A stretch of 62,496 nt of DNA, filler included, from Chiloscyllium plagiosum (lineage: Eukaryota): the NCBI RefSeq assembly GCF_004010195.1. It is 3 parts of one record of this genome, joined end to end, with 100 filler letters (N's around TTAATTAATTAA, not from the genome) between each part and the next. Parts side by side here need not be neighbours in the genome. Positions count along the whole stretch, not along the records: positions 25,707 to 50,087 come from NC_057713.1; 2 more parts are not named here. One strand, 5' to 3'. The notes below the pieces were generated by a model. The model ran no database searches. It was not told the origin of the DNA and saw nothing but the letters and a program-made list of their open reading frames with translations. Each line of letters opens with the position of its first letter. The first letter of the stretch is position 1. This document shows positions 27,073 to 39,006 of this stretch, in pieces. The position numbers and the translations under genes are program-made.

Positions 27073-28383
27073 AACATCCAGGAATGGAAACAGCAAACCT
27101 GTCTGCTGACAGGTTATTATGAAATGTTTATGTCAGTTACAAATGTCTTACACCCTCAGGACATCTGCAGGAGTTCCTCAGCACAACCATGATCTTTCTG
27201 CCGTCATCAGGTCAGAAATGTGGATATCCGCTAATGACTGAACAATGTTCAGTGCCATGTGCAACTCCTTAGATACTGAAGCAGTCCATTTCCAAATGTA
27301 GCAAGACCTGGACTACATAGGCAGACAAGCAGCAACTGACGTGAATGCTTCATAAGTGCTCAGCAATAACTATCTCTAATAAGAGACAATCTAAATATCG
27401 CCCCTTGACATTCAATGGTATTGATATCATTCAATTTCTCCCCTACAAACCAGAACAACAAAAACAGAAATTATTGGAAAAAATCAGTAGGTCTATCAGC
27501 ATCCATGGAGAGAAAGCAGAATTAATGTTTTGGATCCAGAGACCCTTCTTCAGAACTGATTATAGGTGGGAAAAGTTGGGTATATGTAATAAAGTAGGAG
27601 AAAGTGAGGACTGCAGATGCTGGAGATCAGAGCTTAAAAATGTGTTGCTGGAAAAGCGCAGCAGGTCAAGCAGATCAAAGGAGCAGGAGATTCGACGTTT
27701 CGGGCATAAGCCCTTCTTCAGGAATCAGGATTCCCGAAGAAGGGCTTATGCCCGAAACGTTGATTCTCCTGCTCCTTTGATGCTGCCTGACCTGCTGCGC
27801 TTTTCCAGCAACACATTTTTAAGCTCTGATCTCCAGCATCTGCAGTCCTCACTTTCTCCTACTTTATTACATATACCCAACTTTTCCCACCTATAATCAG
27901 TTCTGAAGAAGGGTCTCTGGATCCAAAACATTAATTCTGCTTTCTCTCCATGGATGCTGATAGACCTACTGATTTTTTCCAATAATTTCTGTTTTTGTTG
28001 TTCTGGTTTGTAGGGGAGAAATTGAATGATATCAATACCATTGAATGTCAAGGGGCGATATTTAGATTGTCTCTTATTAGAGATAGTTATTGCTGAGCAC
28101 TTATGAAGCATTCACGTCAGTTGCTGCTTGTCTGCCTATGTAGTCCAGGTCTTGCTACATTTGGAAATGGACTGCTTCAGTATCTAAGGAGTTGCACATG
28201 GCACTGAACATTGTTCAGTCATTAGCGGATATCCACATTTCTGACCTGATGACGGCAGAAAGATCATGGTTGTGCTGAGGAACTCCTGCAGATGTCCTGA
28301 GGGTGTAAGACATTTGTAACTGACATAAACATTTCATAATAACCTGTCAGCAGACAGGTTTGCTGTTTCCATTCCTGGATGTT
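27073..28383. repeat. 1.3-kb near-perfect palindrome centred on a PLE hairpin
   Basis: 27073-27726 is the reverse complement of 27729-28383. ORFs 27345+ and 28111- translate identically up to LEKRSRS; differences are visible only near the centre. Confidence 0.95.
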
Positions 28384-28709
28384 AGGACCTCAGGGTACAG
28401 GCTTAGAGTAAAGGGAAGACCTTTTAGAACAGAGATAAGGAGAAACTTCTTTAGCTCGAGAGTGGTGAATCTATGGAATTCATTACCACAGAAGGCTGTG
28501 GAGGCCAGGTCATTGAGTATATTTAAAACTGAGATAGATAAGTTCTTGATTGCCAAGGGGATCAAAGGTTATGAGGAGAAAACGGGAAAATGGGGTTGAA
28601 AAACCTATCAGCCATGATTGAATTGCAGAACAGACTCAATGGGTGGAATGATCTCATTTCTGCTCTTATGTCTTATGGTCTGATTGCTTTGTGAGCAACA
28701 AATCATTTG

Positions 28710-30360
28710 GACTAGATTGAGTGAAGTTCAGGTAAATTGTGCTTCTCCTGGAAGGTGTGCCTGGAGCCTTGGATATTGAGGAGGAAGGAAGTAAGGAGGG
28801 AGGAAGTTATATCTTCTGTGATTGCATGGCAAGGTGCTGTGGGGGATGTTGGGAGTGTAGGAGTGGACTCAGAAGCAATAGTCTCTGTAAAGGGATGACA
28901 AGTGGGGGGGAGGGGAATATATGATGGCAGTGGCATCCTGCTGGAGGCTGATGATACGTTGGACGTGGATGCTGGAGAGATGGTAGGTGAGGACAAGGAA
29001 CTCTCTCGCTGTTGTGGGTGGGAAGAGACGGGGTGAGGGCCAAAGACACGAGATGGATCGGACATGTCTGACAGCCCTGTTAGCAAAAGTGGTGGGGAAT
29101 CCTCAGTTGAGGAAGAAGGTGGACATTTCGGAGGCTCCCTTGTCGAAGTTAGCATTGTTGGAACAGATGCGATGGAGTCTTTATAGGAAGCGGGATGGGA
29201 GAATGTATAGTCAAGATACCTGTGGGAATCGGTGGGTCTGTAATGGGTATTGGTGACCAGGTTAACCCCAGAAATGGTAACAGAGAAGTTGAGGAAAGGA
29301 AGGGAGGAGTCAGTAGTTAGTACTGCTGCCTCACAATGCCAGGGACCTGGGTTCAATTCCCGCCTCAGGCAATTGCCTGTGTGCAGTTAGCACATTCTCC
29401 TCATGTCTGCGTGGGTTTCCTCCAAATGCTCCCACAGTCAAAAGATGCACAGGTTAGGTGGATTGGCCATGCTCAACTACCCCATAGTGTCCAGGGATGT
29501 GTAGGCTACGTGGATTACCTGTGGGAAAAATGTAAGGGTACAGGGATAGGGTAGGGGTCTGGGTGGGATGCTCTTCAGAGCGATGGTGTGGACTCGATGG
29601 GCTGAATGACCTGCTTCCACACTGTAGGGATTCCATAATTACAAAGTGGACCAGATGAAGGTGACAGCAGGTGGTAATTGGAAGTGAAATGGATAAAAGT
29701 TACCAATTTTGGATGAGAGAAGGAAGCAGCACCAATTAAGTCATCGATGTATTGGAGAAAGAGCTGTGGGTGCCACCTGGAGTAGGACTGGAACAAGGAA
29801 AGGTTCACGTACCCCACAAAGAGACAGGCATAACTGGGGCCCATACAGCTATCCGTGGTCATCCCTTTGACATGAAGGAAGTGTGAGAACTTAAATGAAA
29901 AGTTGTTCAAAGTGAGGGCAAACTTGGCCAGGCGAAGGAGGAAGGTGGCGGATGGGGACAGTTCAGGCCTTTTTTTCCAGGATCCAGCAGAGAGCTGTGA
30001 GACCATCCTAATGAGGGATGGACATGTAAAGGGATTGCATATCCATGGTGACAAGGAAATAGCTAGTGCCCGCAAACTGCAAATTTTGAAACTGACATAA
30101 AAGCATCAAAAGAATAGCGGATGAATGCGGGAAGGGACTGGACAAGGGAAGAAAAAATTGAGACAAGGTAGAAAGTGATGAGTTCAGTGGGGCAGGAGCA
30201 GGCAGTAACAATGCATCTGGACAATCCTGTCTGGGTAGTCTGGACATTCTAGGATGAAATTGAGACCTTGCTGAATACAGAACATTCAGAGGGCAGAAGA
30301 TCAGAAGGGACTGGAGATGAGGGAAAGAAGATAGGGTTGGGAGAGGGAATGCAATCATAG
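28710..30360 (-). mobile_element. Decayed Penelope-like element RT, interrupted by a SINE
   Basis: ORF 29575-30075: LTLNNFSF...MGPSYACLFVGY...FLQYIDD (PLE RT motifs). ORF 28712-29356: HYRPTDSHRYLDY. Confidence 0.8.
29310..29635 (+). mobile_element. HE1-like tRNA-derived SINE
   Basis: A/B-box head (gttagtactgctgcctcac...gggttcaattcc) plus body tgcgtgggtttcctcc...aaagatgcacaggttaggtggattggccatgct. Other copies at about 1875-2080, 16096-16462 (minus), 31775-31935 (minus), 32370-32500 and 46228-46495. Confidence 0.75.
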
Positions 30361-30566
30361 GGAAAGGGAGTGAAAGAAGGTTGAATATCTCTAAGTTGTT
30401 GCATCTTAGGTTTTTTAATGCCTGAAAAGAAAATAAAAAGTTTATTGTTAAAACATCGAATTTGTCAAGAGGATGAAATGGAACTGGGGCAGGGGAGCTG
30501 GCAGGGTAGCTCTGAGCCAGTGTGAGACGGTGTCAATGGAGAAGATGTGCATATGGTGATGCATGG

Positions 30567-31190
30567 TGTTATGGACCAGGCCAGACCCCTCAAAACATTT
30601 CAAGAAAGTAGCCCAGACCCTAACTTTTTTAGTTTTCTTAAGCAGGTGCAAAGTGGAAATTCCAGGAGAAATAACACAGGTCAAACCACTTAGTTTTAAA
30701 CAAAAGAGAATCTATTTACAAGCTTACTGAATAAAACACAAACAACAGAAACAGTATCGCAAATAACTTAACCTTTCTGAAAACCCAACAGATCATCCCA
30801 ACTTACTGATGCTGTTCCAACTACTTGCAACAATCCCCATAAACGCCCCTCAGCACAAAAGGTAAAATCAAACACAGGGTCTTACAGGAGAGACGTCAGA
30901 GAGAGAGGACCAGACTGGACCTGCTTCTTTGGGTCCAGCAGCTTTTTTCACACTACTGTTAAAAACCAATCCAAACCAGAGAAAAACTGAGCTGGGAAAA
31001 CTGGCCACTCCCCTTTCAGTGTACAATTTTTTTTTTAATGTGAAAGCCTGCTGCCTGAGGCAGTAGCTGTTAGCTATAAACAAATTGGTCCTGAAACCCT
31101 TCAACCCCAGACTTCTCAGAGCCTGTGTTGTTTACAACTTCTCTGAAAAAAAAGCCAAAGGCTGCATAACCTTGTTAAAGGAGTCATAAT
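30567..31190. mobile_element. Solo LTR-like element
   Basis: Begins TGTTATGGACCAGGCCAGACCCCTCAAAA, similar to 24800; ends about GTCATAAT. Confidence 0.6.
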
Positions 31191-31589
31191 GGCACTGAGT
31201 GTGAATATCAGGATACAGTGAGAGCTACTGTCTGAGCATCATTGTATGTCATGGAGATACCTGTGATCCTGGGTGGATTCAAAACATAAAGGATGAAACT
31301 TAAGGTGGAATTCAAGTGGGGTCAGTCTGAGCCAGAGGCAGTCAATGAGGAATGTGATGTGGTCGTGAAAGCAGGTTTTAGCAAATACTTATTAAACACC
31401 AGGCATAACGACAAAAGTAATGAAAGAAAAAAGATTGAAATCGAATCCTGTAGGAGAGAGGAGCAGAGTTTCTTCAAATTGGGCATACATGGAAGGGATA
31501 TGGCAGTGGGTTAAACACTCTCGCTCAATATCCTGGAGCTTAACATTAGCCAGAAACTGAACTAGACTCTCCATATAGTCTAGCCATTC

Positions 31590-31617
31590 CTGAAGAAGGG
31601 CTTATGCCCGAAACGTC
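31590..31617 (+). ncRNA. Minimal type-I hammerhead ribozyme motif, PLE family 1 (intact core)
   Basis: CTGAAGA-A-GGGC-ttat-GCCC-GAAA-CG-TC. Other intact-core copies on the minus strand at 27694-27721, 34676-34703 and 53761-53788, and on plus at 50281-50308 (one stem II mismatch). Stem I is weak (ttc/gat). Confidence 0.65.
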
Positions 31618-33194
31618 GATTCTCCTGCTCCTTGGATGCTGCCTGACCTGCTGCGCTTTTCCAGCAACACATTCTTCAGCTCTGATCTCCAGCATCTGCA
31701 GACCTCACTTTCTCCTACTTTTAATGGACCCCAACATAACCCCTTATACCTCTCTCACCACCCACTCCCCCAGTCATAGAATTCACATAGTACCGATAGA
31801 GGCCAATTGACTCATCAAGTCTGCACTGATCTTTCAAAGAGGATCCCACCCAGACCTATTCCTGTAACCCTGCATTAACCATGGCTAATCCACCCAGCCT
31901 ACACATCGCAGGACACTCTTGGGCAATTTAGTACAACCTTCCAATACCTGAGTCTGACTCTGGATCCGCCCCCTTGCCAATATCACTTCCCATTTTGACG
32001 TGAATGTTCTCTGTGCCATCCTCAGAACATCACTATTGATAGCACCAAACCTATCCAGTAGATTTATCATTATTTTAGGTAATCAGGGAGAGGCAGCATG
32101 GATTTATCATTGGTAGATCATGTCTGACAAATCTTTTTTGAAGTGACTAAGGTAGTGGATAGGGGAATGTTTATGGATGTTGTTCATGTGGACTTCTAGA
32201 AAGCCTTTGATAAAATCCCAGATAAGTGACTGCTAACTAAAGTAGAAGCCCACAGAAATGAGGACAAATTACTGACATGGCTGGAAAATTGGTTGAGTGG
32301 CAGGCAACAAAAAGTAGGAATAATGGGTGGGTACTGTTGCTTCACTAAACCAATTTCCCAGCCTCCTAAAGTCCACAGATGTGCAAGTGAGGTGGATTAG
32401 CCATGGTTAATGCAGGGTTACAGAGATAGGTCTGGGTGAAATACTTTTCAAAGGATCGGTGCAGCCAATTGATCTCTATCTGCATTCTATGATATTGATT
32501 CCATGATGGTGGGGAATGGGTTTTTAAAAATTCATTCATGGGATGAGGGTATCACTAGCTAGGCCAGCATTTATTGCTCATCCCATAGGGCATTGATCTG
32601 AGTCTGGAGTCACATGTAAGCCAGACCAGGTAAGGCTGGCAGTCTCGATTCCATAAAGAAAATTAGTGAACCAGATGGGTTTTTCCAACAATTGACAATG
32701 GATTCATGGTCATCGTTAGATTCTTAATTCCAGATTTTCACTGAATTCAAATTTCACCATCTGTCGGGCAGGATTCAAATCTGGGTCCCCAGAACATTAC
32801 TTGAGACTCCTGATTAACAGTCCAGTGATAATACTACTAGGCTATTGCCTCCCCGAGGTAATGTTGGTGTCCATTAAAAGTAATGTGGGTTACATGTTGA
32901 ATGTTGAATGGTGTGGGAAGAAGGATGAGTTCTTATTGTTTACCAACAAATGCTGCAAGGCTAACAATAGGTATCACCTGAGGCGAAAGCTGGTCTGGAT
33001 ATGGATATTAAGGGAAAACACCATTGAAGACAGGCAGTACTGTAGCACATCATCACATCTAGAGAAGAACAAACTATTAACAGTCGTCCAGGAGATGGTT
33101 ATAGAGATAAAGTCATAAAGTCAAGCAGCATAGAAATAGCCCTTTGGCCCACAATGTCTATGCCAGCCGACATACACCAAACTAGACTATTCCC

Positions 33195-33978
33195 AGGATG
33201 TGGGTTTGCTCGCTGAGCTGGAAGATTCAGTTTCAGATGTTTTGTGCCCATTTTCTATTTATATGTTTGGGTTTCCTTGGGTTAGTGATGTTATTTCCTG
33301 TGGTGACATCATTTCCTATTGTGATGTGATATCCTGTTCTTTTTGTCGCGGGGTGGTAAATGGGATCCAAGTCAATGTGTTTGTTGATAGAGTTTCGGTT
33401 GGAATGCCATACTTCTAGGAATTCTCGTGGATGTCTCTATTTGGCTTGTCATACGATGGATGAGTTATTCCAGTTGAAGTGGTGTCCTTCCTCATCTGTG
33501 TGTAAAGATACTAGTGAGAGTGGGTCATTTTTATGGTTAGTTGATGTTCATGTATTCTGGTGGCTAGTTTGCAGCCTGTTTGTCCAATGCAGGAGACATG
33601 AACATCAACTAGCCACAAAAAGACATAACCCACTCTCACTAGTATCCCTACATACAGATAAGGAAGGACACCACTTCAACTGGGACAACACATCCATCCG
33701 AGGTCAAACCAAACAGAGACATGCTCAAGAATTCCCAGAAGTATGGAATCCAAAACTCTATCAACAAACACATTGACTTGGATCCCATTTACCACCCACT
33801 GAGAAAAAGAACAGAAAATGACATCACCATAGTAAATGATGTCACCACAGGAAATGACATTACCAACGCAAGGAAACCAAAACATAGTGCTTCATTCGGA
33901 GGCTTACTCAAAATGTCACCTAGTGTGGTGACGAAACGTCTAAAAGTGCACCTTCCAGCTCAGCGAGCAAACCTACAT
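33195..33978. mobile_element. Penelope-like element (family 4), inverted arrangement
   Basis: Same sequence family as 16705-17478; 33195-33590 on minus and 33595-33978 on plus (HEHQLATKRHNPLSLVSLHTDKEGHHFNWDNTSI). Confidence 0.75.
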
Positions 33979-34029
33979 GGGGGTGGGATCAAAGCTACAT
34001 ACCTGAGAGGGGGGCAGTTGTAGATGGGG

Positions 34030-34615
34030 CAGTGACAGGATGTAGTAAATCTATCAGGAAGGTTTCTCACGTGATGAAACAAAGGGATCGGCTAAAGTGT
34101 GTCTGCTTTAATGCAAGGAGTGTCCGAAATAAGAGTGACGAACTTAGAGCATGGATCAGTTCTTGGTGCTATGATGTTATGGCCATAACAGAGATGTGGG
34201 TTTCACAGGGGCAGGAATGGTTACTAGATGTTCCAGGCTTTATAATGTTTAGAAAGAACAGGGAGGGTGGAAAAAGAGGGGGGGTGTAGCATTGCTAATC
34301 AGAGAGTGCATCATAGCTAAAGAAACAAAGGTTGTTGAGGAAGGTTTGTCTACTGAGTCAGTATGAGTGGAGGTTAGGAACAGCAAGGGAACAGCCACCG
34401 CATTGGGGGTTTTCTACAGACCCCCTAATAGCAGTAGGGGATTGAAGATCTCATAGGCCGGTAGATTTTGGAAAAATGCAGATGTAGCAGGGTTGTTGTT
34501 ATTGGTGATTTCAACTTTCCCAACATCGACTGGAATCTCCTTAGTGAAGATGGTTTGGATGGAGCCGTTTTTGTCAGGTGTGTTCAGGAGGGTTTCCTTA
34601 CTCAGTATGTAGAGA
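34030..34615 (+). mobile_element. CR1 LINE ORF2 5' (APE endonuclease) fragment
   Basis: LKCVCFNARSVRNKSDEL...AITEMW...GGKRGG; VVVIGDFNFPNIDW. Confidence 0.85.
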
Positions 34616-35183
34616 TGGAAATGTGTTGCTGGAGAAGCGCAACAGGTCAGGCAGCATCTAGGGAACAGGAGAATCGACGTTTCGGGCATTAGCCCTTCTT
34701 CAGTGATCAGTGCTTGGTCCCTAGCTACTCTTGACATATATAAGTGACCTGGATGAGGGAACCAAATGCAACATTTCCATGTTTGTTGATGACACAAAAC
34801 TGAGAAGATGGTGGACAGGTTGAACCGAAGGGTCTGTTTCCATGCTGTACATCTCTATGATTCTATGTCCCAACTGATGTTCTGGGATCTAGGTTTGAAT
34901 CCCACCGTGGCAGATAGTGAGATTTGAATTTCTGTTTTTGTTTGCTGGAAAATAGGATTTGAAATGTAGAGTTTTTGTTTTCCCAGCAGAGACGTGTTGG
35001 CCCAAAGGCCTTTTATGTTGTATAGTCAGGATTGTGAGTTACAAGGAGGATGCATTGGAAACTTCAAGGTAACTCAGATAAGTTGTATGAGTGGGCAAAT
35101 ACATGGTATATGCCGAAAAACATGGATGAATGTGAAGTCAGACACTTTGATGTGAAAATTAGAGAGACAGTACTATTTAAATA

Positions 35184-35402
35184 CAGGTAGTTTTTCTATA
35201 ATGCAATGGTTACTTTCTTGTGCAACTCCATGTTATAGATAAATTGCACTTTAGAAACAGTGCTTAAAGTGTTGGTGATGTAATCACATTACAGCCAACA
35301 CACGTTTTAAAAGTTTGCACTTTAAAAACAGTGTCCCCAATTCGTCAATCATGTTACAGCGAATTCACGTTAACAAAATGCACGTTGTAGCAGAACGACC
35401 TG
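35184..35402. mobile_element. Tc1/pogo-like MITE
   Basis: TIRs CAGGTAGTTTTTCTATAATG / CGTTGTAGCAGAACGACCTG, with left TA. Confidence 0.6.
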
Positions 35403-35649
35403 CAATAGTATTGTTACGTCACAGGGAAAGCAAGCCAAACCAAATTAGTATCCCTGTCCCTGAATTCACAACACAGTAAACCTAAAACATTAAGTGACTC
35501 TCAAAATCCCTCAACTGTTCCTATTTAAGACTTTAGGAATAACAGATATCAGATACTGCATTTATAATTTAAATAAAAACTAACTATTTATTATTAATGT
35601 AATTTTAACAGATGGACAACAAGGCAATCTACTTCATATCTATGATTGA

Positions 35650-35862
35650 AGCCCACGGCCTATCACCCTCACCTTGACCTCCCTCCACCTATCGCATTTC
35701 CAAAGCCCCTCCCCCAAGTCCCTCCTCCCTACCTTTTATCTGAGCATGCTGGACACACTTTCCTCATTCCTGAAGAAGGGCTTATGTCCAAAACGTCGAT
35801 TCTCCTGTTCCGTGGATGCTGCCTGACCTGCTGCGCTTTTCCAGCAACACATTTTCAGCTCT
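35650..35862 (+). mobile_element. PLE family-1 3' end
   Basis: Closely similar to 50188-50355; hammerhead at 35770-35797 with G12>A. Confidence 0.75.
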
Positions 35863-36665
35863 TTGAGGAGATGACAAGACAGATCAACAAAGGTCGAGCA
35901 GTGGATTTGGTGTATCTGGACTTCAGCAAAGCATTTGATAAGGTTCCCCATGGTAGTCTCATTCATAAGGTCAGGATGTATGTGATACAGGGAGATTTGG
36001 CTATCTGGATTCAGAATTGGTTGGCTGACAGAAGGCAGAGATTGGTTGTAGATGGAAAGTATTCTGCCTGGAGTTCAGTGTTGAGTGGAGTCCCGCAGGG
36101 CTCTGTTCTTTGTAATTTTTATGAATGACTTGGATGAGGAGGTTGAAAGGTGGGTTAGTAAATTTGCAGATGACACAAAGTTGGAGGGGCCATTGATAGT
36201 ATCGAGGGCTACTGCAGGCTGCAGCGCGACACAGACAGGATGCAGAACTGGGCTGAGAAATGGCAGATGGAGTTCAACCTGGATAAATGCGAAGTGGTGC
36301 ATTTTGGAAGGTGGAACTTGAATGCTAAATATAGGATTAAAGACAGGATTCTTGGCAGTGTGGAGGACTGTACATAGATCCCTCAAAGTTGCCACCCAAG
36401 TGGATAGGGTTGTTAAGAAATCATCTGGTGTTTTGGCTTTCATTAACGGGGGGGGATCAAGTTTAGGAGCCGCAAGGTTTTGCTACAGCTCTACAAGTCC
36501 CTGATAAGACCACACTTGGAATATTGTGCCCAGTTCTGGTCGCCCTACTATAGGAAAGATACAGAGGCTTTGGAGAGGATGCAAAGAAGGTTTACCAGGA
36601 TGCTGCCTGGACTGGAGGGCTTCTCTTATGAAGAGAGGTTGACTGAGCTCGGACTTTTCTCTCTG
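35862..36665 (+). mobile_element. CR1 LINE RT fragment
   Basis: YLDFSKAFDKVPHG, GVPQGSV, KFADDTK, YCAQFWSPYY. Confidence 0.85.
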
Positions 36666-36711
36666 GTGAATTTATACGACATTCTGTGTCCTATGATCCT
36701 GCCCCACTAGC

Positions 36712-36746
36712 TACCTGATGAAGGAGCAGTGCTCTGAAAGCTTGTA
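36712..36746 (+). ncRNA. Minimal type-I hammerhead ribozyme motif, PLE family 2
   Basis: TAC-CTGATGA-A-GGAGC-agt-GCTCT-GAAA-GC-TT-GTA: stem I TAC/GTA, stem II GGAGC/GCTCT, palindromic stem III AGCT. The sister copy at 2890-2924 has a compensatory CAC/GTG stem I. Confidence 0.7.
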
Positions 36747-37379
36747 CTTCCAAATAAACCTGTTGGACTATAACCTGGTGTTGTGTGATTTTCAAAGAAG
36801 ATACATGGGAACACCACTGCTTCAAGTTCCCCTCCAAGCCACTCACCATCCTGACTTGGAAATATATTGTCATTGTTTTCACTGTTGTTGGATCAAAATC
36901 CTGGTAAATTTGTGCAGTGCATCTCCCTTGTGAGTCAACTTACAGCATGTGGACTTCAGCAATTCAAGAAGGCAGGCTACCAGCACCTCCCCAAGGGCAA
37001 CTAAGGATGGGCATTAAAATGCTGGCTAGCCAGCAATGCCCACATTCCACGAGTCAATTAAAAAATTACAATTGTATCTTCAACTCTACCAGCTCCTGGC
37101 ACATTCAGCTATTCAGCACCTCACCTCTGACCTCTAAATCAGATACTCAACTAAAATGGTGAGCAAGGCCATGAGGATACCATAAGAAACAGTCACCAAA
37201 ATTTGTCAGATTGCTTGTCTGGACATATAGGAACATGGATTTGGTAGGAACTCTGTCAGTGACCCTTAATTTCTATGCCGACAATGGCTTCCAGAGCACA
37301 AGAGGTAACATGTGGCATCTCATTATGGGTACATAAGGGAGGGACTGATGCCAGTTATTTTATCCACTTCACCAACTGT

Positions 37380-38440
37380 TGAAGACTTCTGAACTTTCCC
37401 TCCATTTAGAAAATAGTTCATGCCTCTATTCTTCCCACCAAAGTGCATGATCTCACACTTTCCCACGTTGTACTCCATCTGCTACTTCTTTGCCCACACT
37501 CCTAACCTCTCCAAATCCTTCTGCAGCCTCCTCATTTCCTCAAAGCTACCTGTCCCTCTACCTATCTTTATATCCATGATGGTGCAATCACAACATTTAA
37601 AAGGCATCCAGATGGTTATATGAATAGAAAGGGTTTAAAGGGATGTGGGCCAAGTGTTGGCAAATGGCACTAGATTCAGTTAGGATATCTGGTTGGCAAT
37701 GAACGAGTTAGACTGAAAGGTTAGTGTCCATGCTGTACATCTCTATGACTCTGTGTGGAGGTGCCAGTGTTGGACTGGGGTTGACAAAGTTAAAAAACAC
37801 ACAACTCCAGGTTATAGTCCAACAGGTTTATTTGGAAGTACAAGCTTTTGGAGCGCTGCTCCTTAGGCAGGTAGCTCGTCACTAGTAATCTGGTGTTCTG
37901 TGATTTTTAACTTTATCTTTGTGTCATCTGCAAACAAACCCAGAATGCCCTCAGTTCCTTCATTTAGATCATTAATGTATAAAGTGAAAAGTTGTGGTCC
38001 CAACACTGAGCCTTGTGGAACACCACTGGTCACCGGCTGCCATCTTGAGAAGGACCTTGTTCTCCCCACTCTCTGCTTTCTGCCAGATAGCCAATCTTCT
38101 ATCCATGCTAGCACCTTGCCTCTGACACCATGGGTCCTTTAACTTTCTCAGTAGCCTCCTGTATGGCACCTTGTCAAAAGTCTTCTTGAAGTCCAGGTAG
38201 ATAACATCCATTGGCTCTTTTTGATCCAACCTGTTTGTTTCTTCCTCAAAAGTTTCAAGCAGATTTATCAGATATGACCTCCTACTGATGAAGCCATGCT
38301 CACTTTGCCCTATTTTTTGATATACTTTCAAGTATTCAGAAATCTCATCCTTCACAATGGATTCCTGGATCTTACCCGAGACTGAGGTTAGACTAATTGG
38401 TCTGTAATTTTCCATCTTTTGCCTTACACTCTTTTTTTTT
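37380..38440 (-). mobile_element. CR1 LINE RT fragment with nested inserts
   Basis: [52 protein letters not shown]. Confidence 0.8.
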
Positions 38441-38787
38441 AACAAGAGTCGGAAAAATATTGAATGAGAGGGCATAGATTTAAAGTGCTGTGCAAAGAAG
38501 CAAGGCTGATGTGAGTCAATTTTTTTTCACACAGCGAGTAGTTAGGGTCTGGAAATGTGGTGGAGGCAGATTCAACTGAGGCATTCAAGAGGGCATTGGA
38601 TGATCATTTGGATAGAAATAGTGTGCAAAGGTATAGGGACAAAAGAAGGAGGTTGACACTGATTAATAATGCTCATTTGAAGAGCTGGCATAGGTGCAAT
38701 GAGGCAAATAGTCTCCTTCTGTACCGTAACAATTCTGTGATTCACCAGGATGTTGCCTGGGCTGGAGCATTTCAGCTATGAAGAGAG

Positions 38788-39006
38788 GTAAAAACAATGA
38801 CTGCAGATGCTGGAAACCAAATTCTGGATTAGTGGTGCTGGAAGAGCACAGCAGTTCAGATAGCATCCGAGGAGCAGCGAAATCGACGTTTTGGGCAAAA
38901 GCCCTTCATCAGGAATGCAGCTGTATTCCTGATGAAGGGCTTTTGCCCAAAACGTCGATTTTACTGCTCCTCAGATGCTGCCTGAACTGCTGTGCTCTTC
39001 CAGCAC
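38788..39006. mobile_element. Palindromic PLE family-1-related mini-insertion with 15-bp TSD, inside a CR1 fragment
   Basis: CAGCTATGAAGAGAG at 38773-38787 and 39007-39021; opposed hammerhead motifs at 38885-38912 (minus) and 38929-38956 (plus). Confidence 0.85.

Noticed and set aside
27345..28111. Two opposed ORFs with identical N-termini as a duplicated gene pair
   Set aside because: They arise from the palindrome and read through L2/CR1-like and PLE repeat fragments; no splice or domain support.
29310..29370. tRNA gene
   Set aside because: The A/B-box-like head continues into a SINE body and no full cloverleaf forms.
37838..37873. Additional active hammerhead on the minus strand
   Set aside because: The core is destroyed (CTGCCTA and AAAA instead of CTGATGA and GAAA); only a relic of family 2.
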